A stretch of 45,051 nt of DNA. It comes from Vectrevirus T145P2. A program made the position numbers and the translations under genes. Shown in pieces: positions 17,797 to 26,312 of this stretch (the first letter of the stretch is position 1; each line of letters starts with the position of its first letter). A model generated the notes under the pieces. The model saw only the letters and a list, made by a program, of their open reading frames with translations, did no database searches and was not told where the DNA came from. Location: sequence record OZ035747.1. One strand, 5' to 3'.

Positions 17797-17957
17797 TGGA
17801 AATTATTAAACCAGTATTGAATATCGGTATTGAGATCCTATTCATGCTTGTGATCGCAGATTATGCTGCACGATATGGATTCAAGAAAGCTGTGAAACTT
17901 ATCGTTGCATCTGGTTTTATTATGTCAATGTTCTTTATTGTAACACGCCTTATCTAG
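17796..17957 (+). CDS. small membrane protein (53 aa, two hydrophobic segments)
   Basis: AGGAG then ATG 17796 overlapping helicase stop (TAATG). Confidence 0.5.
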   Translation: MEIIKPVLNIGIEILFMLVIADYAARYGFKKAVKLIVASGFIMSMFFIVTRLI

Positions 17958-17974
17958 TGTATTTATCAGGGCTT

Positions 17975-17990
17975 GTCTCACATGTGAGAC
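17975..17990. repeat. 16-bp palindrome GTCTCACATGTGAGAC, copy 3
   Basis: Embedded in GCTTGTCTCACATGTGAGACAGGC, which can form a ~12-bp stem. Confidence 0.8.
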
Positions 17991-18029
17991 AGGCTCTTAT
18001 TAAGTACATTAAATAACTGGAGGTTGATT

Positions 18030-18752
18030 ATGTATAACTTAGTGTTGAATGTAGGTGACTTTGTACGCAACATCAAGAAAGATTCAAGTCGCTATCTTTG
18101 CCGTGGTGTTGTAACCTTTGTAGGTGAGAACCTGTATCATGTAGAATATCACAGTGGTGTTAAGCAGTATTACCACAAGAGGACAGCACATAAATATCTT
18201 GAAAAGATTGTAGAGGTAAACAATCAATGTAAGTGCATACATGATGAGGTTTGCGATAAGTGCAAACGTCAGGCAATTAAAGTCTTTACCTTTGCTCAAC
18301 GCTATGGTTCTATGTATGGTGCTGGTCACAAGACCGTTGCAGAAGCAGCTTGGAAGACATTGCAGTTTGAGAGTTCAAATGGACGACGCACCACACTCAA
18401 GAAAGAGCGTCGCAATGTAATCACTGGTAAGACTCAAAGTGAGATGATTAAGCAATGTGGCACTGCATTAGGTGTTACACAGTTTAATACTCGTGCATTG
18501 GGTAAATCCACAGGACAAGCTATGGTAAAGATTGGCGAAGCCATGATGCATCCAAATGTACCTGTGCGAATCATGGATGTTGACCATGCAATCACAGAAC
18601 ATGGTACACCACGGCGTGTAGCTAATAATCATTTTGCCGACACTATAGAAGGTATTATCCGTAAGCAAGAGTTGAAAGGTCTTCACATCTTGAATGGTGA
18701 AGAGTTACTGTACCTCCCTATCGTTACTGAAGAAACCTACGTGAATATCTAA
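18030..18752 (+). CDS. hypothetical protein with Cys cluster (240 aa)
   Basis: GGAGG then ATG 18030; CKCIHDEVCDKCKRQ zinc-binding-like cluster; no family recognised. Confidence 0.7.
   Translation: MYNLVLNVGDFVRNIKKDSSRYLCRGVVTFVGENLYHVEYHSGVKQYYHKRTAHKYLEKIVEVNNQCKCIHDEVCDKCKRQAIKVFTFAQRYGSMYGAGHKTVAEAAWKTLQFESSNGRRTTLKKERRNVITGKTQSEMIKQCGTALGVTQFNTRALGKSTGQAMVKIGEAMMHPNVPVRIMDVDHAITEHGTPRRVANNHFADTIEGIIRKQELKGLHILNGEELLYLPIVTEETYVNI
18631..18653 (+). promoter_or_regulatory. variant phage RNAP promoter-like site inside the 18030..18752 gene
   Basis: ATTTTGCCGACACTATAGAAGGT. Confidence 0.45.
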
Positions 18753-18762
18753 GGAGTCAATC

Positions 18763-18981
18763 ATGACTAAGGTATTAATTTATATGCGTGGACCTCATAA
18801 ATGCTATGCAGTTGTAGCACCAGATGGTGTTAAGCCCTATGGTACTTCAAAAGGATTGGCATTAATAGGTGCTAGTCGTAGTGCAAGTTTCCAAATGGAA
18901 CTTTCTGGTCATTGGACTGAATGGCAATTCCGTGAGGATTTTAAAGTCATTGGCAGCTTCATGGTGAAATATGCAGAATAA
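18763..18981 (+). CDS. hypothetical protein (72 aa)
   Basis: ORF track; GGAG upstream. Confidence 0.55.
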   Translation: MTKVLIYMRGPHKCYAVVAPDGVKPYGTSKGLALIGASRSASFQMELSGHWTEWQFREDFKVIGSFMVKYAE

Positions 18982-19180
18982 ACATAGTCTTAGAATGTTC
19001 GATGGTCATGAAGACCTGCAAGCCAAGATTACTAACCAAGCCTTCCTGTTCGCACAGTTAACTATGGCTGAGGCCAAGAAGAATAGTCTCACTCGTGAAC
19101 AGGTTATCAAGGAGGCCACTTGGGAACCACACCAAGGTAAATATATGGGCCACAAATTAACTGTAACACGCAGTCGATAA
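18971..19180 (+). CDS. hypothetical protein (69 aa)
   Basis: ORF track; overlaps previous stop. Confidence 0.55.
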   Translation: MQNKHSLRMFDGHEDLQAKITNQAFLFAQLTMAEAKKNSLTREQVIKEATWEPHQGKYMGHKLTVTRSR

Positions 19181-19238
19181 GTCAAGGGTTGTCCAACGTG
19201 TTGGACAGCCTTTCATCATATTGATTGGGAGGTATTAA

Positions 19239-19391
19239 ATGACTAAGTTTACTATGCAAGACCTCATTAAATTACGTGATGAAATAGAATCACCGGAAGT
19301 TAATACAGAGTTTCACTACATTGATCCACGAGATAAACGAGAGATTCCTGATTATCAGATTGAGACGGAGTTAATGTATGAAGATTATTGA
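19239..19391 (+). CDS. small acidic hypothetical protein (50 aa)
   Basis: GGGAGG then ATG 19239; overlaps DNA polymerase start by 14 nt. Confidence 0.4.
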   Translation: MTKFTMQDLIKLRDEIESPEVNTEFHYIDPRDKREIPDYQIETELMYEDY

Positions 19392-21924
19392 TTGGAAGAA
19401 GGAAGCAGAAGGCCGTATCCTAGTGATGGATGCAGAGGCTAAAGGCCTGCTGAATGCTATCCGCTATGGTCATCGTGAAGATGTGCATATCATTTGCTGC
19501 ATGGACTTGCTTACTACCGAGGAGTTTCTCTTCTTTGACCCGTATGAGATGCGTGACCCTGAAGCAAGAGAACACCTGAAGGAATGGGAAGGTCATCAAG
19601 ATGGTGACTTGGTTGATGGTGTTAACTTCCTGAAGCACTGTGAAGCTATTGTGTCGCAGAACTTCCTAGGGTACGACGGCCTTCTATTTGAGAAAGCATT
19701 CCCTGATATCTGGAAAGGCTTTAACTATACCGAGAGACGCGGCAAGGGCAGACTCCGCGCTGACCTGTGTCCGGTACGCGTCATGGATACGCTGGTCATG
19801 AGTCGCCTGTTAAACCCCGATAGACGCCTCCCTCCGCAAGCATACGCCAAAGGCATGGGTAACGTCGCCCCTCACTCAATTGAGGCGCACGGCATCCGTA
19901 TAGGCCGTTATAAGCCGGAGAACGAGGATTGGTCTAAGCTAACTGACCACATGGTTCACCGTGTACGGGAGGACGTGGCGATAGGCCGTGACTTGTTCCT
20001 CTGGCTCTTTAACGGGGAATGGATGGAGCACAAACGCCGTGGCGTGAATAAACGCACTGGCCTAGGTATTGAGACAGCCTTCCACATGGAGTCCATTGTG
20101 GCGCTGGAGATGAGCCGTCAGGCCGAGCGTGGATTCCGTCTGGATATAGATAAAGCATTAGCACGATGCGAGGAATTGGACGCTAAGATTGATGAGACAG
20201 TCGCAGCGTTCCGTCCGCACATGCCTATGCGTATCAAGTCTAAACCTTTTAAACCGGAAGAAAAGAATGAAGTATGCCAACGCGCAAATGAGTATGGAGC
20301 TAGCAACAATATACCTACTGTCCTTGACCCCTCTCACTTTCTTCACGCAGAGAGACGAGGAGATCGCAAGACAGTATGGAGTGTCACTACTAAGTCTGGT
20401 GATTGGTCGGCTAGCGTCAAGAAAGACTTTCCTCACCTTAGAGGAAACCGTAATGACACGCCAAGCATCAAGTGGATTGGCGCTTACTCGCCTGTTACTT
20501 TCGAAGAGATTCCCTTGGGTAACAGGGATACAGTTAAGCAAGTGCTCTATGATTATGGATGGAAAGGTGTTGAATTTAACGATACCGAGCAAGCGCATCT
20601 CGATGAGCATGGCGTATTACCCAAGCCTTGGAGTGGGAAGATAAATGAAAAGTCCCTTACTTTATGGCAAGAGAGAGCCGCACGTGAAGGTAAAACAGTC
20701 CCTGATTGGTGCTTGGGTATCGCTGCATGGTACATACTCGTATCCCGTCGTGGTCAGATCCTCAACCGTGGTGACGTTGAAGCCTTCGACCAGAAGGGGG
20801 TGTGGCCTTCGCAAGCTGGTATACGAAAGTGTCGCGGCCTTGTACCTGTAGCATTTAACAAGGAGTTAGGAATCAATGCGCAGCAATACTACGAAAGGTA
20901 CGGATGCTGGCCTACGTCAGACAAGGATGACGGAGAATGGCGTGTGCCAGCTATTGCTATTAGTATTGGAACTTCTACGTTCCGTATGCGTCATCGTAAC
21001 GTGGTTAATATTCCTGCCCGTGGTTTGTATCCTTTACGTGATTTATTCATAGCAGGTAAAGGTAAGCTAATCCTTGGTTGTGATGGTGCTGGTCTTGAAC
21101 TACGTGTACTGTCTCACTTCATGAATGATCCTGAATATCAAGATATTGTACTGCATGGTGACATTCACACCCATAATCAAATGAAGGCTGGTCTTCCTAA
21201 GCGTGACATGGCGAAGACATTTATATATGCCTTCCTATATGGGTCTGGTATAGCTAACCTTGCAGCAGTATGTGGTGTTACTGAGGAAGAAATGGAGGAA
21301 GTTGTGGCAAGATTTGAGGTTGAACTACCATCTCTTGCACGTCTTCGTGAGAATGTTATCGCACAAGGTAACAAGTTTGGCTACCTACAAGCACCTGATG
21401 GTCATTGGGGTCGCATCCGTATGTCTGGTGGTGAACTTAAAGAGCACACTATGCTTAACGTACTACTCCAGATGACTGGTTCTCTGTGTATGAAATACGC
21501 ATTGGTCAGAGCGTTTGCAGTGATGCGCAAGGAAGGTGTGGCCTTAGATAGCATGGGAAACCCTTGCGGTATAGCTAACGTGCACGATGAAATCCAGATG
21601 GAAGTCCCTGAAGATGAGGTCTTGTATCTCAACTACGACTTGCCTTTCACCTTAGAAGGGTTCGAAACAGAGAAGGCTGCTGTGAAAGCAGTGTTCGATG
21701 CAGAGGAGAAACGTGTTCATGTGGATTCTGAAGGACGTATGTGGTCTGCTGCAAATCTCGTTAGTGTTGATGCTGATGCTGGTGTACTTCATTGCCAGCG
21801 TCGTTATCACCGTGCAGGGCATATCATTGCCGATGCAATGACTTGGGCTGGTCATTATTTGAAGATGCGTTGTCCGATGGCAGGTGAGTATAAGATTGGT
21901 GCAAGCTGGAAGGAAACACACTGA
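19378..21924 (+). CDS. DNA polymerase, family A (T7 gp5-like)
   Basis: 848 aa; GCDGAGLELRVLSHFM...GDIHTHNQ...KTFIYAFLYGSG parallels the T7 DNAP polymerase motifs; N-terminal exonuclease region. Confidence 0.96.
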   Translation: MKIIDWKKEAEGRILVMDAEAKGLLNAIRYGHREDVHIICCMDLLTTEEFLFFDPYEMRDPEAREHLKEWEGHQDGDLVDGVNFLKHCEAIVSQNFLGYDGLLFEKAFPDIWKGFNYTERRGKGRLRADLCPVRVMDTLVMSRLLNPDRRLPPQAYAKGMGNVAPHSIEAHGIRIGRYKPENEDWSKLTDHMVHRVREDVAIGRDLFLWLFNGEWMEHKRRGVNKRTGLGIETAFHMESIVALEMSRQAERGFRLDIDKALARCEELDAKIDETVAAFRPHMPMRIKSKPFKPEEKNEVCQRANEYGASNNIPTVLDPSHFLHAERRGDRKTVWSVTTKSGDWSASVKKDFPHLRGNRNDTPSIKWIGAYSPVTFEEIPLGNRDTVKQVLYDYGWKGVEFNDTEQAHLDEHGVLPKPWSGKINEKSLTLWQERAAREGKTVPDWCLGIAAWYILVSRRGQILNRGDVEAFDQKGVWPSQAGIRKCRGLVPVAFNKELGINAQQYYERYGCWPTSDKDDGEWRVPAIAISIGTSTFRMRHRNVVNIPARGLYPLRDLFIAGKGKLILGCDGAGLELRVLSHFMNDPEYQDIVLHGDIHTHNQMKAGLPKRDMAKTFIYAFLYGSGIANLAAVCGVTEEEMEEVVARFEVELPSLARLRENVIAQGNKFGYLQAPDGHWGRIRMSGGELKEHTMLNVLLQMTGSLCMKYALVRAFAVMRKEGVALDSMGNPCGIANVHDEIQMEVPEDEVLYLNYDLPFTLEGFETEKAAVKAVFDAEEKRVHVDSEGRMWSAANLVSVDADAGVLHCQRRYHRAGHIIADAMTWAGHYLKMRCPMAGEYKIGASWKETH

Positions 21925-22040
21925 TGGACAGGTTTGATGTTGTTTGCCTATTCTCTATCTTCTTTCTTATATTCCTTATGCTTGCTTGCTATGGAAGTAT
22001 GCGATTAGGTATACCTGATGAAGAGGAGGGTTACGATTGA
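21924..22040 (+). CDS. tiny hydrophobic ORF (38 aa)
   Basis: ATG overlapping DNAP stop; VVCLFSIFFLIFLMLACYG. Confidence 0.35.
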   Translation: MDRFDVVCLFSIFFLIFLMLACYGSMRLGIPDEEEGYD

Positions 22041-22138
22041 TGCAAACTGCTTTTATCATTCTTGGGATCATATTATTTATGGTAGTATTCTGGGCTTTCT
22101 CTGGCATTGACCCAGATTGTGATGGTAACTACGACTGA
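22040..22138 (+). CDS. tiny hydrophobic ORF (32 aa)
   Basis: ATG overlapping previous stop; AFIILGIILFMVVFWAF. Confidence 0.35.
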   Translation: MQTAFIILGIILFMVVFWAFSGIDPDCDGNYD

Positions 22139-22206
22139 GTTATACTCAAGGTCACTTACGAGTGGCCTTTATGAATAACTTATTCCTACTTATTTTGTCT
22201 AACATG

Positions 22207-22228
22207 ATTTACTGGACACTATAGAAGG
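22207..22228 (+). promoter_or_regulatory. phage RNAP promoter
   Basis: ATTTACTGGACACTATAGAAGG followed by AT-rich TAGGT-repeat leader. Confidence 0.85.
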
Positions 22229-22293
22229 AAATCCTAGGTAATCTAGGTTTATAAGGTAGTATAGGTAATTAAGTAAATATAGGAGATATAAAT

Positions 22294-22671
22294 ATGTCTA
22301 TGGTAACTACTCTGGTATTCGTGGCTCAATACTTTCGTGGTCTTGCTAATAAGTTCAAGTCCAAGGCTATCAAAGCTATTGAGGCTCGCATCGAAGCAGT
22401 ACAGGCAGAGCAAGTTAAAGTTGAAGAGCATCGTAGTTCTCAAATGATTGACTGTCATAACCGCTACTATGCATCTCGTGATGAACTAAATGCACGTCAA
22501 GTCAAAGAGGTAGAAGATATGCTGGCACGTCACCAGCAAGAGCGTGACAGCCTGAAAGCTGAATTTGAAGAGAACAAGGCATCAATTGCTCTTGTAAATC
22601 AAGCTGCATCTGACAGCCTGAAGAAAGAGATTGTTATGCTGGAAATAGAACTGGACAACTTGACTAAATAA
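22294..22671 (+). CDS. hypothetical coiled-coil protein (125 aa)
   Basis: TAGGAGA then ATG 22294; hydrophobic N-terminus then heptad-rich sequence. Confidence 0.6.
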   Translation: MSMVTTLVFVAQYFRGLANKFKSKAIKAIEARIEAVQAEQVKVEEHRSSQMIDCHNRYYASRDELNARQVKEVEDMLARHQQERDSLKAEFEENKASIALVNQAASDSLKKEIVMLEIELDNLTK

Positions 22672-22676
22672 GGGTT

Positions 22677-22976
22677 ATGATGGAAGAAGTGATTCAAGCT
22701 AAACATGTAGGTATCATCTTTCGTGATTTAGAGCAGCGTAAAGTTGCAGGTCACACTCGTCTGGCTAAAGAAGACGATACAGCAATCACTACTGTGGAAC
22801 AAGCAGATGCATATCGTGGTCCAGAGTTTACTCAAGGTGAAACTTGTCATCAATTGAGCCTTTCACTTTGTGACACTATGGCTAGTGTAAATGTACAAGA
22901 GGTTGAAGATGGTGAATGTGTTAGTTATGTCTACCCTCTCGATACTATTGCACGTATTAAGGTAGTTCATAAGTAA
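22677..22976 (+). CDS. hypothetical acidic protein (99 aa)
   Basis: ORF track; ATGATG start. Confidence 0.55.
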   Translation: MMEEVIQAKHVGIIFRDLEQRKVAGHTRLAKEDDTAITTVEQADAYRGPEFTQGETCHQLSLSLCDTMASVNVQEVEDGECVSYVYPLDTIARIKVVHK

Positions 22977-22997
22977 TTACTGGACACTATAGAACAA
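22975..22997 (+). promoter_or_regulatory. phage RNAP promoter
   Basis: AATTACTGGACACTATAGAACAA overlapping the preceding stop codon. Confidence 0.7.
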
Positions 22998-23053
22998 TAG
23001 GTCGGCTTAGTTCGGCCTATGATTGTGTAGTGTAACAATAGGAGACTAAATAA

Positions 23054-23860
23054 ATGGCACGTGGTGATTTTGATTTTGGTGCTCAGGTTACTAAAGCTGA
23101 AGGTAAAGTATTTAAGAACCCTGAAGTTGGTGATCATGAAGCAGTAATCTCTGGCATCATTCATGTTGGTTCCTTCCAAGATATCTTTAAGAAAGGTAAT
23201 ACCACTGAAGTTAAGAAGCCAGCAAACTTTGTTCTTGTTAAGATTATCCTGATGGGTGACGACGATAAGAATGAAGATGATTCTCGCATGGAACAATGGA
23301 TGGCTGTGCCTCTGAAGTCTGGTGATAAGGCAACACTGACTAAGTTCCTGAATGCAGTTGACCCTAAAGAGTTGCTGGGTGGCTTCGATGATTTTATCGG
23401 TGAATGTCTGACTGCAACTATGGTTGGTTCTGGCGACAAGAATGATGATGGTACTTTCAAGTATGTTAACTGGAAAGGCTTTGGCGGTATGCCTGATAAG
23501 TTGAAGAAGCTTGTACTGGCTCAGGTAGAGGAGGAAGGTCTGTCTATGACAGGTCATATCACCTTCGACAAGCTGACCAAAGAAATCCTTGATGACATCC
23601 CAGCTAACTTGGTACGTCAATACTTCCTGAACGAGACACCTCGTGGTAAGAACCTGTCTGTTGCTGGCTCTCACGTAGAAGCTATTATCAAAGCTGCTCG
23701 TGAAGAAGACCCTGAATGGAAGAAGGCTAAGAAGAAAGACGAGGAAGATGCTACCCCAGCTAATCGTAAATCTCTGGATACTGGTGAGTCTGTTCCACAG
23801 GAAGTACCTGAAGCAGAAGATACTCCTGCACCGGAGATGGATGAGGACGCGGAATATTAA
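23054..23860 (+). CDS. abundant acidic-tailed protein, candidate ssDNA-binding protein (gp2.5-like role)
   Basis: 268 aa; strong codon bias (the opposite strand is stop-free for 1.1 kb); acidic C-terminal tail ending DEDAEY; function is inference. Confidence 0.45.
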   Translation: MARGDFDFGAQVTKAEGKVFKNPEVGDHEAVISGIIHVGSFQDIFKKGNTTEVKKPANFVLVKIILMGDDDKNEDDSRMEQWMAVPLKSGDKATLTKFLNAVDPKELLGGFDDFIGECLTATMVGSGDKNDDGTFKYVNWKGFGGMPDKLKKLVLAQVEEEGLSMTGHITFDKLTKEILDDIPANLVRQYFLNETPRGKNLSVAGSHVEAIIKAAREEDPEWKKAKKKDEEDATPANRKSLDTGESVPQEVPEAEDTPAPEMDEDAEY

Positions 23861-23866
23861 GGATAA

Positions 23867-24088
23867 ATGATGAAAGTACAAATCGTAACCCTGCACTGCA
23901 AGAAAGGAATTACAACTCTTGGCGGCAACACTTTTCACTCCTTCTCTGAAGGGGATACATATGCTGACCTGCACTACATCTGGCGCGACGGACAGCACGT
24001 GGTGAACTACAGCGACCCAGCTACGGGGAAACGCCACGGCGTATCGCTTCCGGCGCATGACATTGCTCAGGTGAACACAGTTTTATAA
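23867..24088 (+). CDS. hypothetical protein (73 aa)
   Basis: ORF track. Confidence 0.55.
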   Translation: MMKVQIVTLHCKKGITTLGGNTFHSFSEGDTYADLHYIWRDGQHVVNYSDPATGKRHGVSLPAHDIAQVNTVL

Positions 24089-24089
24089 A

Positions 24090-24105
24090 GTCTCACGTGT
24101 GAGAC
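24090..24105. repeat. 16-bp near-palindrome GTCTCACGTGTGAGAC, copy 4
   Basis: One central change relative to the other copies; 15 nt upstream of promoter 24121. Confidence 0.7.
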
Positions 24106-24120
24106 AAATCGGTGTCCGGT

Positions 24121-24143
24121 ATTTACTGGACACTATAGAAGAG
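24121..24143 (+). promoter_or_regulatory. phage RNAP promoter
   Basis: ATTTACTGGACACTATAGAAGAG. Confidence 0.85.
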
Positions 24144-24193
24144 AAGAATTTTAATCGGCGATAATGCCATAACCAACAAAAGGAGAATTTAAT

Positions 24194-24565
24194 ATGTTCA
24201 AGATTGAAACTATCGTAAACCGTGTTGTTAAAGGTGCTGCTCTGGTATCCGTTGAGTCTTTCATTATCGTCGATGAAGCTGATCAACTGGTAGCTGGTAC
24301 TAAGGCTTACGATACCCGTGAAGAAGCTCAGGCTAAGATTGACAGCATGGGTAACTTCGCTGCTGGTCTGGAGTTCGCTCGTGCTTGCTTCCCTGAGCAG
24401 GCTGACAAAGCCCAGATCGGGAAGGCTAACATCGTAGCTGAATATCTGGATTGGATTGCTGCTGGTAAACCAGTGAAAGAAGTTAAAGCTACTGAAGAAG
24501 CTGAAGCTCCTGCAGTAGAAGTGTCTGCACCGGAAGCTCCGGTTAGCGAAGAGGAAGAGTTTTGA
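24194..24565 (+). CDS. small acidic protein with C-terminal acidic tail ending in Phe (123 aa), own promoter and terminator
   Basis: ORF track; tail APEAPVSEEEEF; flanked by promoter 24121 and terminator 24625. Confidence 0.7.
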   Translation: MFKIETIVNRVVKGAALVSVESFIIVDEADQLVAGTKAYDTREEAQAKIDSMGNFAAGLEFARACFPEQADKAQIGKANIVAEYLDWIAAGKPVKEVKATEEAEAPAVEVSAPEAPVSEEEEF

Positions 24566-24624
24566 TAATAGCAGGTGTAGCCTCTGTTAGTCCTAGTTGA
24601 CTATCACGCTCACCTCATCTAATG

Positions 24625-24657
24625 CCCTGTCTGCCTTAGTGTAGGCAGGGTCTTTTG
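24625..24657 (+). terminator. intrinsic terminator
   Basis: CCCTGTCTGC / GTAGGCAGGG 10-bp stem (with G-U pairs) followed by TCTTTTG; sequence-related to terminator at 33679. Confidence 0.7.
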
Positions 24658-24682
24658 CGTAATAGTTATTGGAGAATGAATT

Positions 24683-24973
24683 ATGCCGACTATTGAAGAT
24701 CGTTTCCAGATTCACGCATCTTACTCGCCTATGCTTAGAGGTCATCTTATTACCATTAGATTAGATTATGAGTTGTATCTTGTAGATTATTTATATACAG
24801 ACTATGACTGCCAACGTAACATGGTGGGACCGATGAGGTGGGCGGCTGAGTGGGTGCGCGAGCACGTGCTGAAGGAGTGGCCTACATGCGACCAAACTTC
24901 GACTTCGGAGCTACAGTATCGGAAGACAATAATCTCATCCTGTGGCCGACTGAAGGTAATCGAATCGCTTTAA
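24683..24973 (+). CDS. hypothetical protein (96 aa) overlapping the exonuclease gene start
   Basis: GGAGA then ATG 24683; 3-prime 88 nt overlap exonuclease in another frame. Confidence 0.4.
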   Translation: MPTIEDRFQIHASYSPMLRGHLITIRLDYELYLVDYLYTDYDCQRNMVGPMRWAAEWVREHVLKEWPTCDQTSTSELQYRKTIISSCGRLKVIESL

Positions 24974-25914
24974 TAGATGCCGATATGTTGCCTTACATCG
25001 TCGCGTATACAATCAGCGACATGACTTATGTACGAGCCACAACTCGTGTTAAGTCAGGACAAGTCCCATCAATCAAAGATACGCCTGAGTGTAAGCAAGC
25101 GTGTGACCGTGTGAACTCCTTGCTTAACTCTTGGGTGTATGCAGCAGAATGTGATGCAGCTAAGTTATTCATGACGAAATCAGAAGCTAACTTCCGTGTC
25201 CGCCTAGCATTCACCAAGCCTTATAAAGGTCAACGTAAGACCGAGAAGCCTCCATTCTTCTATGAATTGCGAGAGCATCTCTTAGAGGTTCACGGTGCAA
25301 TCTTGGCAGATGGAGAGGAAGCAGACGACCTCATGAGTATCGCACAATGGGACAGCCACCGCCGCTTCCAGCAAGATACAGGTAACGAGTTCCCTATCGG
25401 TAGTCCAGAGCATAAAGCATTCTCTGATACTTGCATCGTTTCCTTGGATAAGGATTTGATGATTGTTCCCGGTTGGCATCTACAGCCGGGTCAAGAGAAG
25501 AAGTGGGTAGAGCCTATGGGCTGGCTTGAGCTACGCCGTAAGGCTAATGGGCAAGTCAAAGATCTAAAAGGTGCTGGCCTCATGTTCCACTATGCACAGA
25601 TGATTATCGGTGATGATATTGATAACTATGCTGGCATACCAGGTCGTGGTGCTAAATATGCCTATGATCTTCTCAAAGGTTGTAAGACAGAGAAAGAATT
25701 GTACATGGCAGTGCTTGGTGCTTACAAAGCTAAGTTCGGTCATGGACAGGTTAAGATTAAGAATTACCGAGGTGGTTATCGGGTGGGCAAAGCCTTTGAC
25801 CTTATGCTTGAATGCGGTCGCTTAGCTCACATGGCTAGGTTCAAAGGTGATATATGGCGAGCCGATAAGAACCCAATCTTGTGGGGAGATGATGCGGAAT
25901 GGTTAGCAAATTAA
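24886..25914 (+). CDS. 5-prime to 3-prime exonuclease (T7 gp6-like, FEN family)
   Basis: AAGGAG then ATG 24886; 342 aa; ALIDADMLPY, DDLMSIAQ, SLDKDLMIVP, GDDIDNYAGIPG parallel T7 gp6 motifs. Confidence 0.9.
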   Translation: MRPNFDFGATVSEDNNLILWPTEGNRIALIDADMLPYIVAYTISDMTYVRATTRVKSGQVPSIKDTPECKQACDRVNSLLNSWVYAAECDAAKLFMTKSEANFRVRLAFTKPYKGQRKTEKPPFFYELREHLLEVHGAILADGEEADDLMSIAQWDSHRRFQQDTGNEFPIGSPEHKAFSDTCIVSLDKDLMIVPGWHLQPGQEKKWVEPMGWLELRRKANGQVKDLKGAGLMFHYAQMIIGDDIDNYAGIPGRGAKYAYDLLKGCKTEKELYMAVLGAYKAKFGHGQVKIKNYRGGYRVGKAFDLMLECGRLAHMARFKGDIWRADKNPILWGDDAEWLAN

Positions 25915-26312
25915 AAGCATCGGAGGTGGCAGCTTATAAGAAGGAATTGCTAGATAAGCAAGGATGGAAATGCCCTCTGTGTGGTGGCAGTCTCAAAGCT
26001 GTCACACCTGTAAACCGTGTACTTGACCATGACCATGAGACAGGATTCTGCCGTGCTGTTGTATGCCGAGGTTGCAATGGTGCGGAAGGGAAGATTAAGG
26101 GTGTTATCTCTGGTTATGGCAAGGCGGGTAATAACCGTTACTTCCAGCTTCAATGGTTAGAGAGATTGTACGAATACTGGAAGTTACATAGTACGCCTCA
26201 GACAGATAAGTTATATCACAAACATCAAACGGAGGCAGAGAAGCGCGAGGCTAAGAACCGTAAGGCACGCCTTGCTTATGCAAGAAAGAAGAAGGAGGTT
26301 AAAGTTGGGTAA
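25899..26312 (+). CDS. recombination endonuclease VII-like Holliday junction resolvase
   Basis: 137 aa; CPLCGG...DHDHETG...CRGCNGAEG zinc/His-Me motif. Confidence 0.8.
   Translation: MVSKLKASEVAAYKKELLDKQGWKCPLCGGSLKAVTPVNRVLDHDHETGFCRAVVCRGCNGAEGKIKGVISGYGKAGNNRYFQLQWLERLYEYWKLHSTPQTDKLYHKHQTEAEKREAKNRKARLAYARKKKEVKVG

Noticed and set aside
22967-24058. 363-aa ORF on the minus strand, the longest antisense ORF in the window
   Set aside because: Lies exactly opposite the + strand genes 23054..23860 and 23867..24088; stop-free antisense frames are expected opposite strongly codon-biased genes, it has no RBS context, and every other gene in this phage type is on one strand
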